Source: Bacteroidota bacterium (GTDB lineage: Bacteria > Bacteroidota > Bacteroidia > Chitinophagales > Chitinophagaceae). From it: a DNA stretch of 64,000 bases. Shown in pieces: positions 28,811 through 38,247 of the stretch. The stretch covers positions 12,232 to 76,231 of the forward strand of contig CANJRV010000001.1 in the NCBI GenBank assembly GCA_947476825.1, in the 5' to 3' direction. The notes under the pieces are model-generated. The model ran no database searches. It saw nothing but the letters and a program-made list of their open reading frames with translations, and was not told the DNA's origin. Positions within the stretch are counted from its first letter, which is position 1. The number at the start of each line of letters is the position of its first letter. The translations under genes and the position numbers were made by a program.

Positions 28811-30247
28811 ATGACAAAGACCTTTGATAAAATATGGGAAAATTGCTTAAAGGTAATAAAAGATAATATTAGCTGGCAATCTTACAAAACATGGTTTGAA
28901 CCAATTAGACCTATTGCTTTAGAAAATAATATTTTAGTCATAGAAGTTCCGAGTCAGTTCTTTTTTGAATGGCTTGAGGAACACTATGTTGAATTAATTG
29001 CCAAAACAATTAAGAGAGAATTAGGTAAAAATGCGCAATTAGAATATCGCATTTTGATGGAAAATCAAAACAAAAAAAACCCTGCTTCAGTTAGAATACC
29101 TGCTAGTAATCATCAAACACCTGCTTTAAGCAATAATTATGTTGACATTCATATTGGTAATGAAAGCGGTATTAAAAATCCGTTTGTGATACCAGGTTTG
29201 AAACGTTCACAAATTGACCCTCAATTAAATCCAAATTATACATTTGATTCCTTTGTAGAAGGAGAATGTAATAGACTGGCTAGAAGCGCAGGATTAGCAG
29301 TTGCTCAAAAACCAGGTGGCACTTCATTCAATCCATTAGTTTTATATAGTTCTTCTGGATTAGGAAAAACACATCTGATTCATGCTATTGGAAATGAAAC
29401 CAAAAGATTACATCCTAACAAAACTGTTTTATACGTTAGTGCAGAAAAATTTATTCATCAATTCATTGAGCATTCTAAAAATCATGAGATAAATGATTTT
29501 GTAAACTTCTATCAATTGATCGATGTATTAATCATTGATGACATTCATTATTTTGCACCTGCAATCAAATCTCAAGATGCTTTCTTTTCCATTTTCAATC
29601 ATTTACACCAAAATGGAAAACAATTAATTCTTACTAGTGATAAACCACCTAAAGATTTAGATGGTATGCAAGAACGTTTACTTTCTCGCTTCCGTTGGGG
29701 ATTGAGTGCTGATTTACAAGCACCTGATTTTGAAACTCGTATGTCTATACTTGAACACAAAATGCGCAATGATGGATTAGACTTACCTTTAGAGGTAGTG
29801 AAATACTTGGCGTATAATGTGCAAAATAATATTCGCGAAATGGAAGGTGCTTTAATTTCATTGCTTGCACATTCTTCTTTAGTGAAAAGAGAAATTGATT
29901 TAGACTTAGCAAAAAAGGTTTTACGCAATATCGTAAAAACTTCTTCTAAAGAAATTACCATTGATACAATACAAAAAATGGTATGTGAATATTATGAAAT
30001 TACTTATGATAAATTACAAGCCAAAACGCGTAAAAGAGAAATTGTACAAGCTCGTCAAATCTCTATGTTTTTGGCAAAACAATACACCAAGAATTCGTTG
30101 AAAACAATTGGCGACCATTTTGGTGGAAGAGATCACACGACAGTAATACATAGCTGTCAAACCGTAAAAGACTTAATGGATACCGACACACAAATTCGTG
30201 ATCAAGTAAAGGAACTACAACAAAAAGTACAGCTAGCAGCTATATAA
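28811..30247 (+). CDS. dnaA: Chromosomal replication initiator DnaA
   Basis: Walker A GSSGLGKTHL, Walker B LIIDDIH, sensor NIREMEGAL, and domain IV DHTTVIH. Confidence 0.97.
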   Translation: MTKTFDKIWENCLKVIKDNISWQSYKTWFEPIRPIALENNILVIEVPSQFFFEWLEEHYVELIAKTIKRELGKNAQLEYRILMENQNKKNPASVRIPASNHQTPALSNNYVDIHIGNESGIKNPFVIPGLKRSQIDPQLNPNYTFDSFVEGECNRLARSAGLAVAQKPGGTSFNPLVLYSSSGLGKTHLIHAIGNETKRLHPNKTVLYVSAEKFIHQFIEHSKNHEINDFVNFYQLIDVLIIDDIHYFAPAIKSQDAFFSIFNHLHQNGKQLILTSDKPPKDLDGMQERLLSRFRWGLSADLQAPDFETRMSILEHKMRNDGLDLPLEVVKYLAYNVQNNIREMEGALISLLAHSSLVKREIDLDLAKKVLRNIVKTSSKEITIDTIQKMVCEYYEITYDKLQAKTRKREIVQARQISMFLAKQYTKNSLKTIGDHFGGRDHTTVIHSCQTVKDLMDTDTQIRDQVKELQQKVQLAAI

Positions 30248-30262
30248 TAAATCTATTCATTG

Positions 30263-30301
30263 AAAAAGAGGCTATTCAGATTTTGAATAGCCTCTTTTTT
30301 T
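30263..30301 (+). terminator. dnaA intrinsic terminator
   Basis: The 11-bp stem gaggctattca/tgaatagcctc is followed by T7. Confidence 0.85.
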
Positions 30302-30401
30302 AGAAAATTAAAATAATTTTATTCCTATTCCAACACTAATTAATTTAAAATTATGATATTGGCAAAAAAGAATTAATTTTAGCCAAAATTTTTTTATACC
30401 A

Positions 30402-31568
30402 ATGAAGAAGCTGATTTTCGGACTCATAGCAATACTTGCAACACAAGTAATACAAGCACAACAATATTATCCTTTAGCGCAACCATGCGACCCAGATAAA
30501 GTATTTGAAAAACTGCCATCAGCAGCTTATGATAATAACTGTATTTACAAATTGCACATAAGCAGTCAACCTTTCAATTTTTTTCCAAAAGAATTATTTA
30601 GATATCCAAACTTAAAAGAATTAACCTTACAAAATACAAATATAAGTTCGCTTCCTTTGGATATCTATTTGTTAGAGCATATTGAAGTATTAGATTTATC
30701 TAACAATAATCTTACTACTTTGCCTTCTTCTATTGGCGATATGCGTAATCTACGTAAGTTGATTCTTAGAAACAATAAATTAATTACTTTACCTGCAACC
30801 ATTTCTGCATGTAAAAATTTACAAGAAATTGATATCACAGGAAATCCAATTACCTTTTTACCTAATGAAATAAATAGTTTACAAGCATTGCGTAGCTTCC
30901 GATTCAGCGGTAATCAAGTAAAAGATCCAAAAGTGCTTCTTCAATTGGTTCGCCAAATGAAAAATATTACTAGCCTTGATTTGAGTGGTTGCAATTTGAA
31001 TTTTATTCCTTCTGATATTAAATTCCTAAAGAATTTAACTGAATTAAATATATCCAATAATAATATTCATTTTTTACCATCTGAGATAGGTCAATTGACA
31101 CATTTGGAAACTTTGATTTTAGGTACTAATGGTAATCCAGGCAATAAGATTTATGATTTACCTACTTCATTTTCCAACTTAAGAAGTTTAAAAGTATTGA
31201 GTGCAGTTAATAATAGTTTTGTTGATTTTCCAATTGCATTGGCTTCTTTGACTGGTCTTGAAGTATTAGATTTAAGTAATAATCAAATCACAAGTTTACC
31301 TCCTGAAATCGCAATGATGACAGGATTAAATAAATTGAATGTGATGAATAACCAATTGCGAGATGTACCAAATGAAATAGGTTCATTAAGTCGTCTAACA
31401 CAATTTGATTATGCTGGCAACCAAATCACACCAGAAGTTGAACAAAAGATTATGCGCATTATGTCTGGCGAAACAATTGCTGAACCAGTTAAGCCAGATG
31501 TGAAGAAAGTAGTAAAAAAGAAAGTAGTAGTAAAAAAGCATGTAAAAAAATCCACTAAGAAGAAATAG
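30402..31568 (+). CDS. Secreted leucine-rich-repeat protein with polylysine C-terminal tail
   Basis: Signal peptide, about 12 LxxLxLxxNxL repeats of 23 aa, and the tail KPDVKKVVKKKVVVKKHVKKSTKKK. Confidence 0.85.
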   Translation: MKKLIFGLIAILATQVIQAQQYYPLAQPCDPDKVFEKLPSAAYDNNCIYKLHISSQPFNFFPKELFRYPNLKELTLQNTNISSLPLDIYLLEHIEVLDLSNNNLTTLPSSIGDMRNLRKLILRNNKLITLPATISACKNLQEIDITGNPITFLPNEINSLQALRSFRFSGNQVKDPKVLLQLVRQMKNITSLDLSGCNLNFIPSDIKFLKNLTELNISNNNIHFLPSEIGQLTHLETLILGTNGNPGNKIYDLPTSFSNLRSLKVLSAVNNSFVDFPIALASLTGLEVLDLSNNQITSLPPEIAMMTGLNKLNVMNNQLRDVPNEIGSLSRLTQFDYAGNQITPEVEQKIMRIMSGETIAEPVKPDVKKVVKKKVVVKKHVKKSTKKK

Positions 31569-31597
31569 GATTTCAACATCTTGAAAAATAATTGGAG

Positions 31598-31627
31598 GAG
31601 GATAGCATAATTGTTATCCTCTTTTTT
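31598..31627 (+). terminator. Intrinsic terminator after the LRR gene
   Basis: gaggatagc-ataa-ttgttatcctc followed by T6. Confidence 0.7.
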
Positions 31628-31755
31628 ATTTTAGTTCCTCCATCTATTTAATAATAAATCCTTATAGATTGATTTCTCAAGAAAGAGAGGATAGCAATTT
31701 CATTTTGACTTAGCTTAGCGAATCGAATTACGCTCAAAAATGAATGCGGTTGTTA

Positions 31756-32487
31756 TTAACCTTCAATGTGAATGGAAAACACAATCATTCTGGTTGTGAT
31801 TTTATCAATAGCCTTATTTGTAGGTTCGCCTACATTACGATCTAGACTATTTCCAATGCCATTACTTAACTTTATTTCGGGTGCAAAAATGAAATTTGGA
31901 TAATAAAATTCAAAACCCAAGCCTAAATTATATCCAAAATCCAAAGGCTTAATACGAATAATATCTTCCTCTTTATGCGCCTTTGTATTTGAATTAAAAT
32001 CATAATCAAGCTTTATACCAGCAACAACATAAAAACGAAAGTTGGTTTGGCGATCTGATTTAAATTTTAATTCTAAAGGCATACTGAATAAAATAGATTC
32101 AAAAGAATTGATCAAAACAGAATCCTTCATCAAATTAAACTTTAACGCCTTTTCTCTAAGAACAAATGAAGGAATAGTTCGTAGGTCAATAAAATTACTC
32201 AGCTTTAAATTGCCAACTATACCCAATTGAAAACCTGGTTTCCATAGTGGTGTAATATTTACTACACTATCATTTTGTATAAAATATTTGGAATGGGTTA
32301 ATCGATACTGTGCCGAATTGATGCCAATGGTGATGCCAAAATAATAAGGCAAATCATCATGTTCTGCGTTACTCATACGCTCCTCTTGCGCCGAAGCACT
32401 GAAAGAAACAAGGAAGAAAAAACAATTTAATAAAATTATTTTTCGGCTTGATAGATGGATGCTATTCCAAAACTTACTGGCGTACAT
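31756..32487 (-). CDS. porT: PorT/SprT-family outer-membrane beta-barrel protein (T9SS-associated)
   Basis: A signal peptide is followed by YYFGITIGIN..., a beta-barrel pattern. The position directly downstream of ubiE is as I recall it in many Bacteroidota. The ATG overlaps ubiE by 52 nt. Confidence 0.65.
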   Translation of the reverse strand: MYASKFWNSIHLSSRKIILLNCFFFLVSFSASAQEERMSNAEHDDLPYYFGITIGINSAQYRLTHSKYFIQNDSVVNITPLWKPGFQLGIVGNLKLSNFIDLRTIPSFVLREKALKFNLMKDSVLINSFESILFSMPLELKFKSDRQTNFRFYVVAGIKLDYDFNSNTKAHKEEDIIRIKPLDFGYNLGLGFEFYYPNFIFAPEIKLSNGIGNSLDRNVGEPTNKAIDKITTRMIVFSIHIEG

Positions 32488-33164
32488 TTTATATTTTTAA
32501 ATCCTACTTTTCGCAATATTACACACATTTCTTCACCTTCTGGGAAAACAGCAACTGAATTTGGTAAATACGTATAAGCATTACTATTCTTATTGAACAA
32601 TTTGCCAATAGTAGGCGTCACATAACGAAAATAGACGTGATATAATTGTGCGATAGGGAATGTTTTTACTTTAGAAAATTCAAGGATGATAAATTGGCCA
32701 TTGGGTTTTAGTACACGATATATTTCTTGTAAGCCAAGTTGTAAATTTTCAAAATTGCGAACACCAAATGCAACGGTCACAGCATCAAAATGCGCATTGC
32801 TAAAAGGTAATTGTTCGCTATCGCCCTTTACCATTTCAATTTTTTCTATGAGATTTTTCAGCGCTATTTTTTCTTTACCAATGGCAAGCATTTTTGCCGA
32901 TAAATCTAAACCGATAGTATGCGTTGGATTCAATTTTTGTAAAGCAATCGCCAAGTCTGCAGTGCCAGTAGCTACATCCAAAATTAATTTCGGTTGAAAT
33001 GGCTTAAGTAATTTAATTACTTTATTTCGCCACAATACATCTATTCGAAAAGAGAGTAGTCGATTTAACATATCATAGCGAGTAGCTATGCTATCGAACA
33101 TATTTTCTACTTGTTCTTTTTTACTCAGCGATGAATTTTTATCAGGTACTACAGTGGTCGACAT
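32436..33164 (-). CDS. ubiE: Demethylmenaquinone/ubiquinone methyltransferase
   Basis: MFD.IA..YD..N..LS......WR and VLDVATGTADLA, 242 aa. Confidence 0.9.
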   Translation of the reverse strand: MSTTVVPDKNSSLSKKEQVENMFDSIATRYDMLNRLLSFRIDVLWRNKVIKLLKPFQPKLILDVATGTADLAIALQKLNPTHTIGLDLSAKMLAIGKEKIALKNLIEKIEMVKGDSEQLPFSNAHFDAVTVAFGVRNFENLQLGLQEIYRVLKPNGQFIILEFSKVKTFPIAQLYHVYFRYVTPTIGKLFNKNSNAYTYLPNSVAVFPEGEEMCVILRKVGFKNIKCTPVSFGIASIYQAEK

Positions 33165-33255
33165 TCGTCAAAGTTAGTTTTGAAAATCAAATATGCCAAA
33201 AAGGAAAAAATACAAGGTACAAACGCGATACAAATACCTTTTGAAAAATATATGT

Positions 33256-33645
33256 CTAAAGTTCAACTGATATCAATTCATGTCCTAAATCATGCAAAGC
33301 CTTTTGTATTTTATAGGCTTGTGTAGGGCGTGGTCTTTTGAGTCCACTTGCATAGTGCTGAATTAATTTTTGGTTGATTCCGGTTATACGCCCCAATGCA
33401 GAATTTGTAAATATCCCTTTATAATAGTTTAATAAGCTCTGGGTATCAAACTTGTAAATCAACTCATATTCACCATGCAATATTTTAGGAATATTATCTA
33501 ATTCCTTCAAGAGCTCAATACAAGCCAAAACAGATTCTTTGGCTTCCAAAACTGTTTCACCACCACCAGATATTCCTTTTACATTTTCAGCATAAGCAGT
33601 GTAAAAATCCTTACTGCGTTCAATGACAATTTTTACTTGTTTCAT
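33256..33645 (-). CDS. hicB: HicB-family antitoxin with C-terminal HTH
   Basis: The N-terminal HicB fold (IVIERSKDFYTAYAENVKGISGGGETVLEAKESV) is followed by a helix-turn-helix-like tail. It lies immediately downstream of hicA. Confidence 0.8.
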   Translation of the reverse strand: MKQVKIVIERSKDFYTAYAENVKGISGGGETVLEAKESVLACIELLKELDNIPKILHGEYELIYKFDTQSLLNYYKGIFTNSALGRITGINQKLIQHYASGLKRPRPTQAYKIQKALHDLGHELISVEL

Positions 33646-33669
33646 AGGTTTGTACTTTATAAAATATGG

Positions 33670-33849
33670 CTATTTTAACCCCATCTCTTTTTTAATTTTT
33701 GTTTCTATACCCTTACCCATTTCTTTTACACCGTGAAATGGAACAGGGTAAATTTGTTTACCCTTTTCATATATATAATGGCTGCCTCTCGTGCGAATAT
33801 GTACCCATCCATTTTGTCTAATCAATTTATGTAATTCACTCGATTTCAA
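33670..33849 (-). CDS. hicA: HicA-family mRNA interferase toxin
   Basis: KSSELHKLIRQNGWVHIRTRGSHYIY....IYPVPFHG.KEMGKG. The start is taken at the in-frame TTG 33849, giving 59 aa, the family-typical size. The track ORF extends to ATG 33903. Confidence 0.75.
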   Translation of the reverse strand: MKSSELHKLIRQNGWVHIRTRGSHYIYEKGKQIYPVPFHGVKEMGKGIETKIKKEMGLK

Positions 33850-33935
33850 TAAGAGTAATTTTAGCTTCAAACCAAAGGTAGTAGTATTACTACCGTTATG
33901 CAATTATTTTTATTATTTTTTAAACCAAACCCATT

Positions 33936-33962
33936 AAAAAAGCCCTATTTAAAGGGCTTTTT
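33936..33962 (-). terminator. secA terminator hairpin
   Basis: aaaaagccct-atttaa-agggcttttt, 43 nt after the secA stop. Confidence 0.7.
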
Positions 33963-34004
33963 CTTTGTTTTGTATCTGAATGCTATTTGTTTGTTTTGTG
34001 GTAG

Positions 34005-37000
34005 TTACTTTCCGTGGCATTGCTTAAATTTTTTGCCACTACCACAAGGGCATAAATCATTACGTCCTATTTTGGGTTCCAATCTTTTTACGGGTTCTGC
34101 TTTTACGGCAGAAGGATTATAATAATCAGATTCATCCGCACCGTATGCTTGACCTGCTTCATCTATTTCTTCACGGTTTGCACGCAATTTGCTCATGTCC
34201 GTTTTTTCTACTTCCGCTTGATGAATATCTTGTTCCTGATGCATCGGTATTCCACTTCGAAGCAAGAAAGAAACAATAAGCTTATTGGTTTCACTTAACA
34301 TGGCTTTAAACAAATTAAATGCTTCAAACTTATAAATCAATAAAGGATCTTTTTGCTCATAACTAGCCAATTGCACGCTTTGCTTGAGTTCATCCATTTG
34401 ACGTAAATGATTCTTCCAAGCCTCGTCAATGAGCCCAAGTGTTATTTGTCTTTCTTGCGCATCTATCAATTCACGTCCTTCCGTTTCGATGCTCTTTTTT
34501 AAGTTGGTTACTATTTGCAAAGTACGAATCCCATCCGTAAATGGCACCGCAATATTTTCAATTCGAACCCCATTTTGAAACACAATATTTTTTAATACAG
34601 GCGCTGTTTGCTCGCAAATAAAATCTTTCTTTCTAGCATACATTTCTATCAACTGTTGATATAGGGATTCGGTGATGGAATTCGCATCCATTTTCAAAAA
34701 TTCGCTTTCTTGTATTGTTGTTTCAAAAGCAAAATCACGAAGCACTTCAATTTTAAATTGCTCATAATTTCTGTTGCCATCAAATTGCGAAGCAACTAAT
34801 CGGCAACTATCATAGAACGCATTATCTAAATCCAAAGCAAGTCGCTCACCAAATAAAGCATTACGGCGACGAGTATAAATTACTTCACGTTGTGCATTCA
34901 TCACGTCATCATATTCTAATAATCTTTTACGAATACCAAAATTATTTTCTTCCACTTTCTTCTGCGCTCTTTCAATGGATTTGCTAATCATACTATGTTG
35001 GATTACATCTCCATCTTTATGACCTAATTTATCCATCCAACCACTCAATTTGTCACTACCAAATAAACGCATTAAATCATCTTCTAAAGAAACAAAAAAC
35101 TGAGAACTACCTGGATCTCCTTGTCTACCTGCACGACCTCTCAATTGACGATCTACACGTCTACTTTCATGTCGTTCTGTACCAATGATGGCCAAGCCTC
35201 CTGCCTTTTTTACATCATCTCCAAGTTTAATATCAGTACCCCTTCCCGCCATATTTGTTGCGATGGTGATAGCACCTGTATGTCCAGCTTCACTAATTAC
35301 TTGGGCCTCCTTGGCATGTTGTTTTGCATTTAATACATTATGCGGTACTTTATCAAAAGTCAACATTTTACTTAATAATTCCGATACTTCAACAGAGGTT
35401 GTACCCACAAGAACTGATCGCCCTTCAGCACTTAATTTTTTTATCTCCTCGATTACAGCTCTATATTTTTCACGTTTTGTTTTATACACCAAATCTTGCT
35501 CATCATTTCTTACAACTGGTCTATTCGTAGGGATGGAAGTTACTTCCAATTTATAGATTTGCCAAAACTCACCTGCTTCAGTTTCTGCAGTACCAGTCAT
35601 TCCTGCTAGTTTATGGTACATACGGAAATAATTTTGCAAAGTAACTGTAGCGAAAGTTTGTGTTGCTGCTTCAACATCCACATTTTCTTTTGCTTCTAAA
35701 GCTTGGTGCAAGCCATCACTATACCTTCTGCCATCTAATATACGACCTGTTTGTTCATCTACTATTTTTACCTTACCATCCATCACCACATACTCCTGAT
35801 CTTTATCAAATAGGGTATAAGCTTTTAATAATTGTTGAATGGTATGAATTCGATCTGCCTTGATAGAATATTCTTGTAAGAAGGCATCTTTCATTTTCAA
35901 TTTTTCTTCGGCAATTGCATCGGCACGTTCTATGGCGGCTAATCCAGTAGCGATATCTGGCATCACAAAGAAATTGCTATCTTCTGCCGAACCAGTTAAA
36001 AGTTGAATTCCTTTATCTGTTAAATCTACTTGATTTTGTTTTTCATCAATGGTAAAGTAGAGTTCAACATCTACTTTAGGCATATTCTTTTGCTGATCAG
36101 CAATATAATAATTCTCTGTTTTTTGTAATATTTGTTTTATGCCAACTTCACTTAAATATTTAATCGTAGAGGAGTTTTTGGGTAAACCTCTATGTGCTCT
36201 AAGCAATGCCATTCCACCACCTTCTTTATCGTCATTTCCTTGCGCAATTAATTTTTTTGCTTCTAACAAACAAGTATTCACTACTTTTCTTTGTGCTTCC
36301 ACTAATTTTTCAATACTTGGTTTTAAAGTATGAAATTCCTGATCATCCCCTTTTGGCACTGGACCTGAAATAATAAGTGGCGTACGTGCATCATCAATCA
36401 ATACACTATCTACTTCATCCACCATAGCGAAGTGCAATTTTCGTTGCACCATTTCATCTGGCGAATGCACCATATTATCGCGTAAGTAGTCAAAACCAAA
36501 TTCATTATTGGTTCCATAGGTAATATCGGCTAAATAAGCATTTCTTCTTTGCTCCGAATTGGGCTGGTGCTTGTCTATACAATCCACTGTCAATCCCAAC
36601 CATTCAAACAAAGTCCCATTCCATTCACTATCCCGACGAGCCAAATAATCATTCACCGTAACAACATGGACACCTTCTCCAGCCAATCCATTTAAATAGG
36701 CAGGCAATGTAGATACAAGGGTTTTACCCTCACCTGTACCCATTTCCGAAATTTTCCCTTCATGCAAATTATAACCACCTATCAATTGCACATCATAATG
36801 CAACATATTCCATGTAACTGGTGAACCGCCAGCAGACCATGTTGTGCTATAAATAGCATCTTCTCCATCTATGGTAATATAATTTTTATGTACAGCCAAG
36901 TTTCTGTCTAACTCTGAAGCTGTACTTCTCAATTCAGTATTGTCCTTCATCCGACGAGATGCTTCTTTTACAGTAGCAAAAGCTTCTGGTAATATCTCCA

Positions 37001-37310
37001 AAAGAACCACTTCCAATTGCTTGTCTTTATCTTTGATAAGCTGATCTATTTCTTTATACAAATCGCTCTTCGCATGAATATCTTGTATGTTTTCTGCTTC
37101 TTCTTTTTTGGATTGTATTAGAGACGTAATATCAGCTGTATGGTCTTTTATACGTGCTTTGAATCGTGCAGAATTAGCCCTTAATTCATCATTATTTAAC
37201 GAGGCATAGGATGCAAAATGCTGATTGATTTGCTGAATAACTGGCGACATTTTTTTTACGTCCTTTTCAGATTTACTTCCGCCAAATAATTTATTTATAA
37301 AGTTTAACAT
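34005..37310 (-). CDS. secA: Preprotein translocase ATPase SecA
   Basis: MGTGEGKT, DEVDSVLIDDARTPLIISG, and the C-terminal zinc motif CPCGSGKKFKQCHG. Confidence 0.98.
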   Translation of the reverse strand: MLNFINKLFGGSKSEKDVKKMSPVIQQINQHFASYASLNNDELRANSARFKARIKDHTADITSLIQSKKEEAENIQDIHAKSDLYKEIDQLIKDKDKQLEVVLLEILPEAFATVKEASRRMKDNTELRSTASELDRNLAVHKNYITIDGEDAIYSTTWSAGGSPVTWNMLHYDVQLIGGYNLHEGKISEMGTGEGKTLVSTLPAYLNGLAGEGVHVVTVNDYLARRDSEWNGTLFEWLGLTVDCIDKHQPNSEQRRNAYLADITYGTNNEFGFDYLRDNMVHSPDEMVQRKLHFAMVDEVDSVLIDDARTPLIISGPVPKGDDQEFHTLKPSIEKLVEAQRKVVNTCLLEAKKLIAQGNDDKEGGGMALLRAHRGLPKNSSTIKYLSEVGIKQILQKTENYYIADQQKNMPKVDVELYFTIDEKQNQVDLTDKGIQLLTGSAEDSNFFVMPDIATGLAAIERADAIAEEKLKMKDAFLQEYSIKADRIHTIQQLLKAYTLFDKDQEYVVMDGKVKIVDEQTGRILDGRRYSDGLHQALEAKENVDVEAATQTFATVTLQNYFRMYHKLAGMTGTAETEAGEFWQIYKLEVTSIPTNRPVVRNDEQDLVYKTKREKYRAVIEEIKKLSAEGRSVLVGTTSVEVSELLSKMLTFDKVPHNVLNAKQHAKEAQVISEAGHTGAITIATNMAGRGTDIKLGDDVKKAGGLAIIGTERHESRRVDRQLRGRAGRQGDPGSSQFFVSLEDDLMRLFGSDKLSGWMDKLGHKDGDVIQHSMISKSIERAQKKVEENNFGIRKRLLEYDDVMNAQREVIYTRRRNALFGERLALDLDNAFYDSCRLVASQFDGNRNYEQFKIEVLRDFAFETTIQESEFLKMDANSITESLYQQLIEMYARKKDFICEQTAPVLKNIVFQNGVRIENIAVPFTDGIRTLQIVTNLKKSIETEGRELIDAQERQITLGLIDEAWKNHLRQMDELKQSVQLASYEQKDPLLIYKFEAFNLFKAMLSETNKLIVSFLLRSGIPMHQEQDIHQAEVEKTDMSKLRANREEIDEAGQAYGADESDYYNPSAVKAEPVKRLEPKIGRNDLCPCGSGKKFKQCHGK

Positions 37311-37406
37311 AGTTCTCTTTTTTATTGAAGCAATTTTGCTTCGTTCCTTTTTTATTCAAAATCTGTGCTACGCTTATGTTTTATGACAAGGTGACACACA
37401 ATCGGG

Positions 37407-37414
37407 CAAATATA
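37407..37414 (-). promoter_or_regulatory. Possible secA -7 box (TATATTTG on the minus strand)
   Basis: Exact TAnnTTTG, about 95 nt upstream of the secA ATG. No clear -33 element. Confidence 0.3.
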
Positions 37415-37460
37415 AGCTGTTCCAAGTGTTTTGCCCAGTAAGCATTAGAATAAATAATAC

Positions 37461-37490
37461 AAAAAAAAATCTCGCTAAAAAGCGAGATTC
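37461..37490 (-). terminator. Intrinsic terminator of 37512-38042
   Basis: On the minus strand: atctcgct-tttt-agcgagat followed by T9. Confidence 0.8.
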
Positions 37491-37511
37491 AATATATTAG
37501 ATAATTAAAAA

Positions 37512-38042
37512 TTATTTTTCGTATTCATTACGCATGATGCCGTAGAATTGGAAGGTTTTCATTTTATAACCTTTATCCCAGAATTTATCTGTATCACCAA
37601 ATTCAGGAATAGTTACCCAATCTTTTGATTTTGATTTGTACCAACGATAAATTGCAATGTGATTTGTTGCTCTACGAATAGGAACGTAGAATTGCAAAGA
37701 TTTTAGTGTATATCCTTTTTGCATCATATCGCTATCCGATACTTCATCTTCAGCAATGCTGCTTTGATCTTTCGTTACTGGATTAGTCCAACGGTATACA
37801 GCAACACGATCAGGACCAGGTGTTTTATAAGCATAAAACAATAAGGTCTTTTCTTTGTATTTCCATTGTAGCAATTGGCCTTCTTGTATTTCACCATCAG
37901 CTAATGTTACATAGTTATTATCTACTGTATTCAACCATCGATAGATACGTATTAAATCCTCATTCTCATATTGAGCGGATGCAGTTTTGCTTAAAGATAC
38001 AAAGGCAACTATGGCAATCATGCAAAATAATATTTTTCTCAT
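37512..38042 (-). CDS. Secreted protein built from three about 45-aa YRW repeats
   Basis: Signal peptide. Units 1 to 3 start at IRIYRWLN.., VAVYRWTNP.. and IAIYRWYKS... The units end FYAY, FYVP and FYGI respectively. Confidence 0.6.
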   Translation of the reverse strand: MRKILFCMIAIVAFVSLSKTASAQYENEDLIRIYRWLNTVDNNYVTLADGEIQEGQLLQWKYKEKTLLFYAYKTPGPDRVAVYRWTNPVTKDQSSIAEDEVSDSDMMQKGYTLKSLQFYVPIRRATNHIAIYRWYKSKSKDWVTIPEFGDTDKFWDKGYKMKTFQFYGIMRNEYEK

Positions 38043-38247
38043 ATAGCTATTTTTACTCTTTTTAGAAGTACAATGATACTTAATTCATTTTAACTAGACA
38101 ATTTTTTAAGTAAGTTTATTTATACTCATTCAAGAATCGTACGTTTCGTGTCCAATTACTGTTTAAAACTTGTTCGGTATTGGGGGCCATTTAAGCAAAT
38201 TGTTCTCTTATAGATGCGTGTTCATGGAATTTATTGAATTTGGAGCG

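Noticed and set aside
32436-32487. 52-nt overlap of porT with ubiE as a sign of a frameshift or fusion
   Set aside because: Both ORFs are full length with intact termini: the ubiE C-terminus looks normal and PorT has a signal peptide right after the overlap. An overlap or a slightly later non-canonical start is sufficient to explain it.
37327-37350. Plus-strand hairpin gaagca-attt-tgcttc followed by a T-run, looking like a terminator
   Set aside because: No plus-strand gene ends upstream of it. It lies in the secA 5' leader on the minus strand, where it would be a leader hairpin at most.
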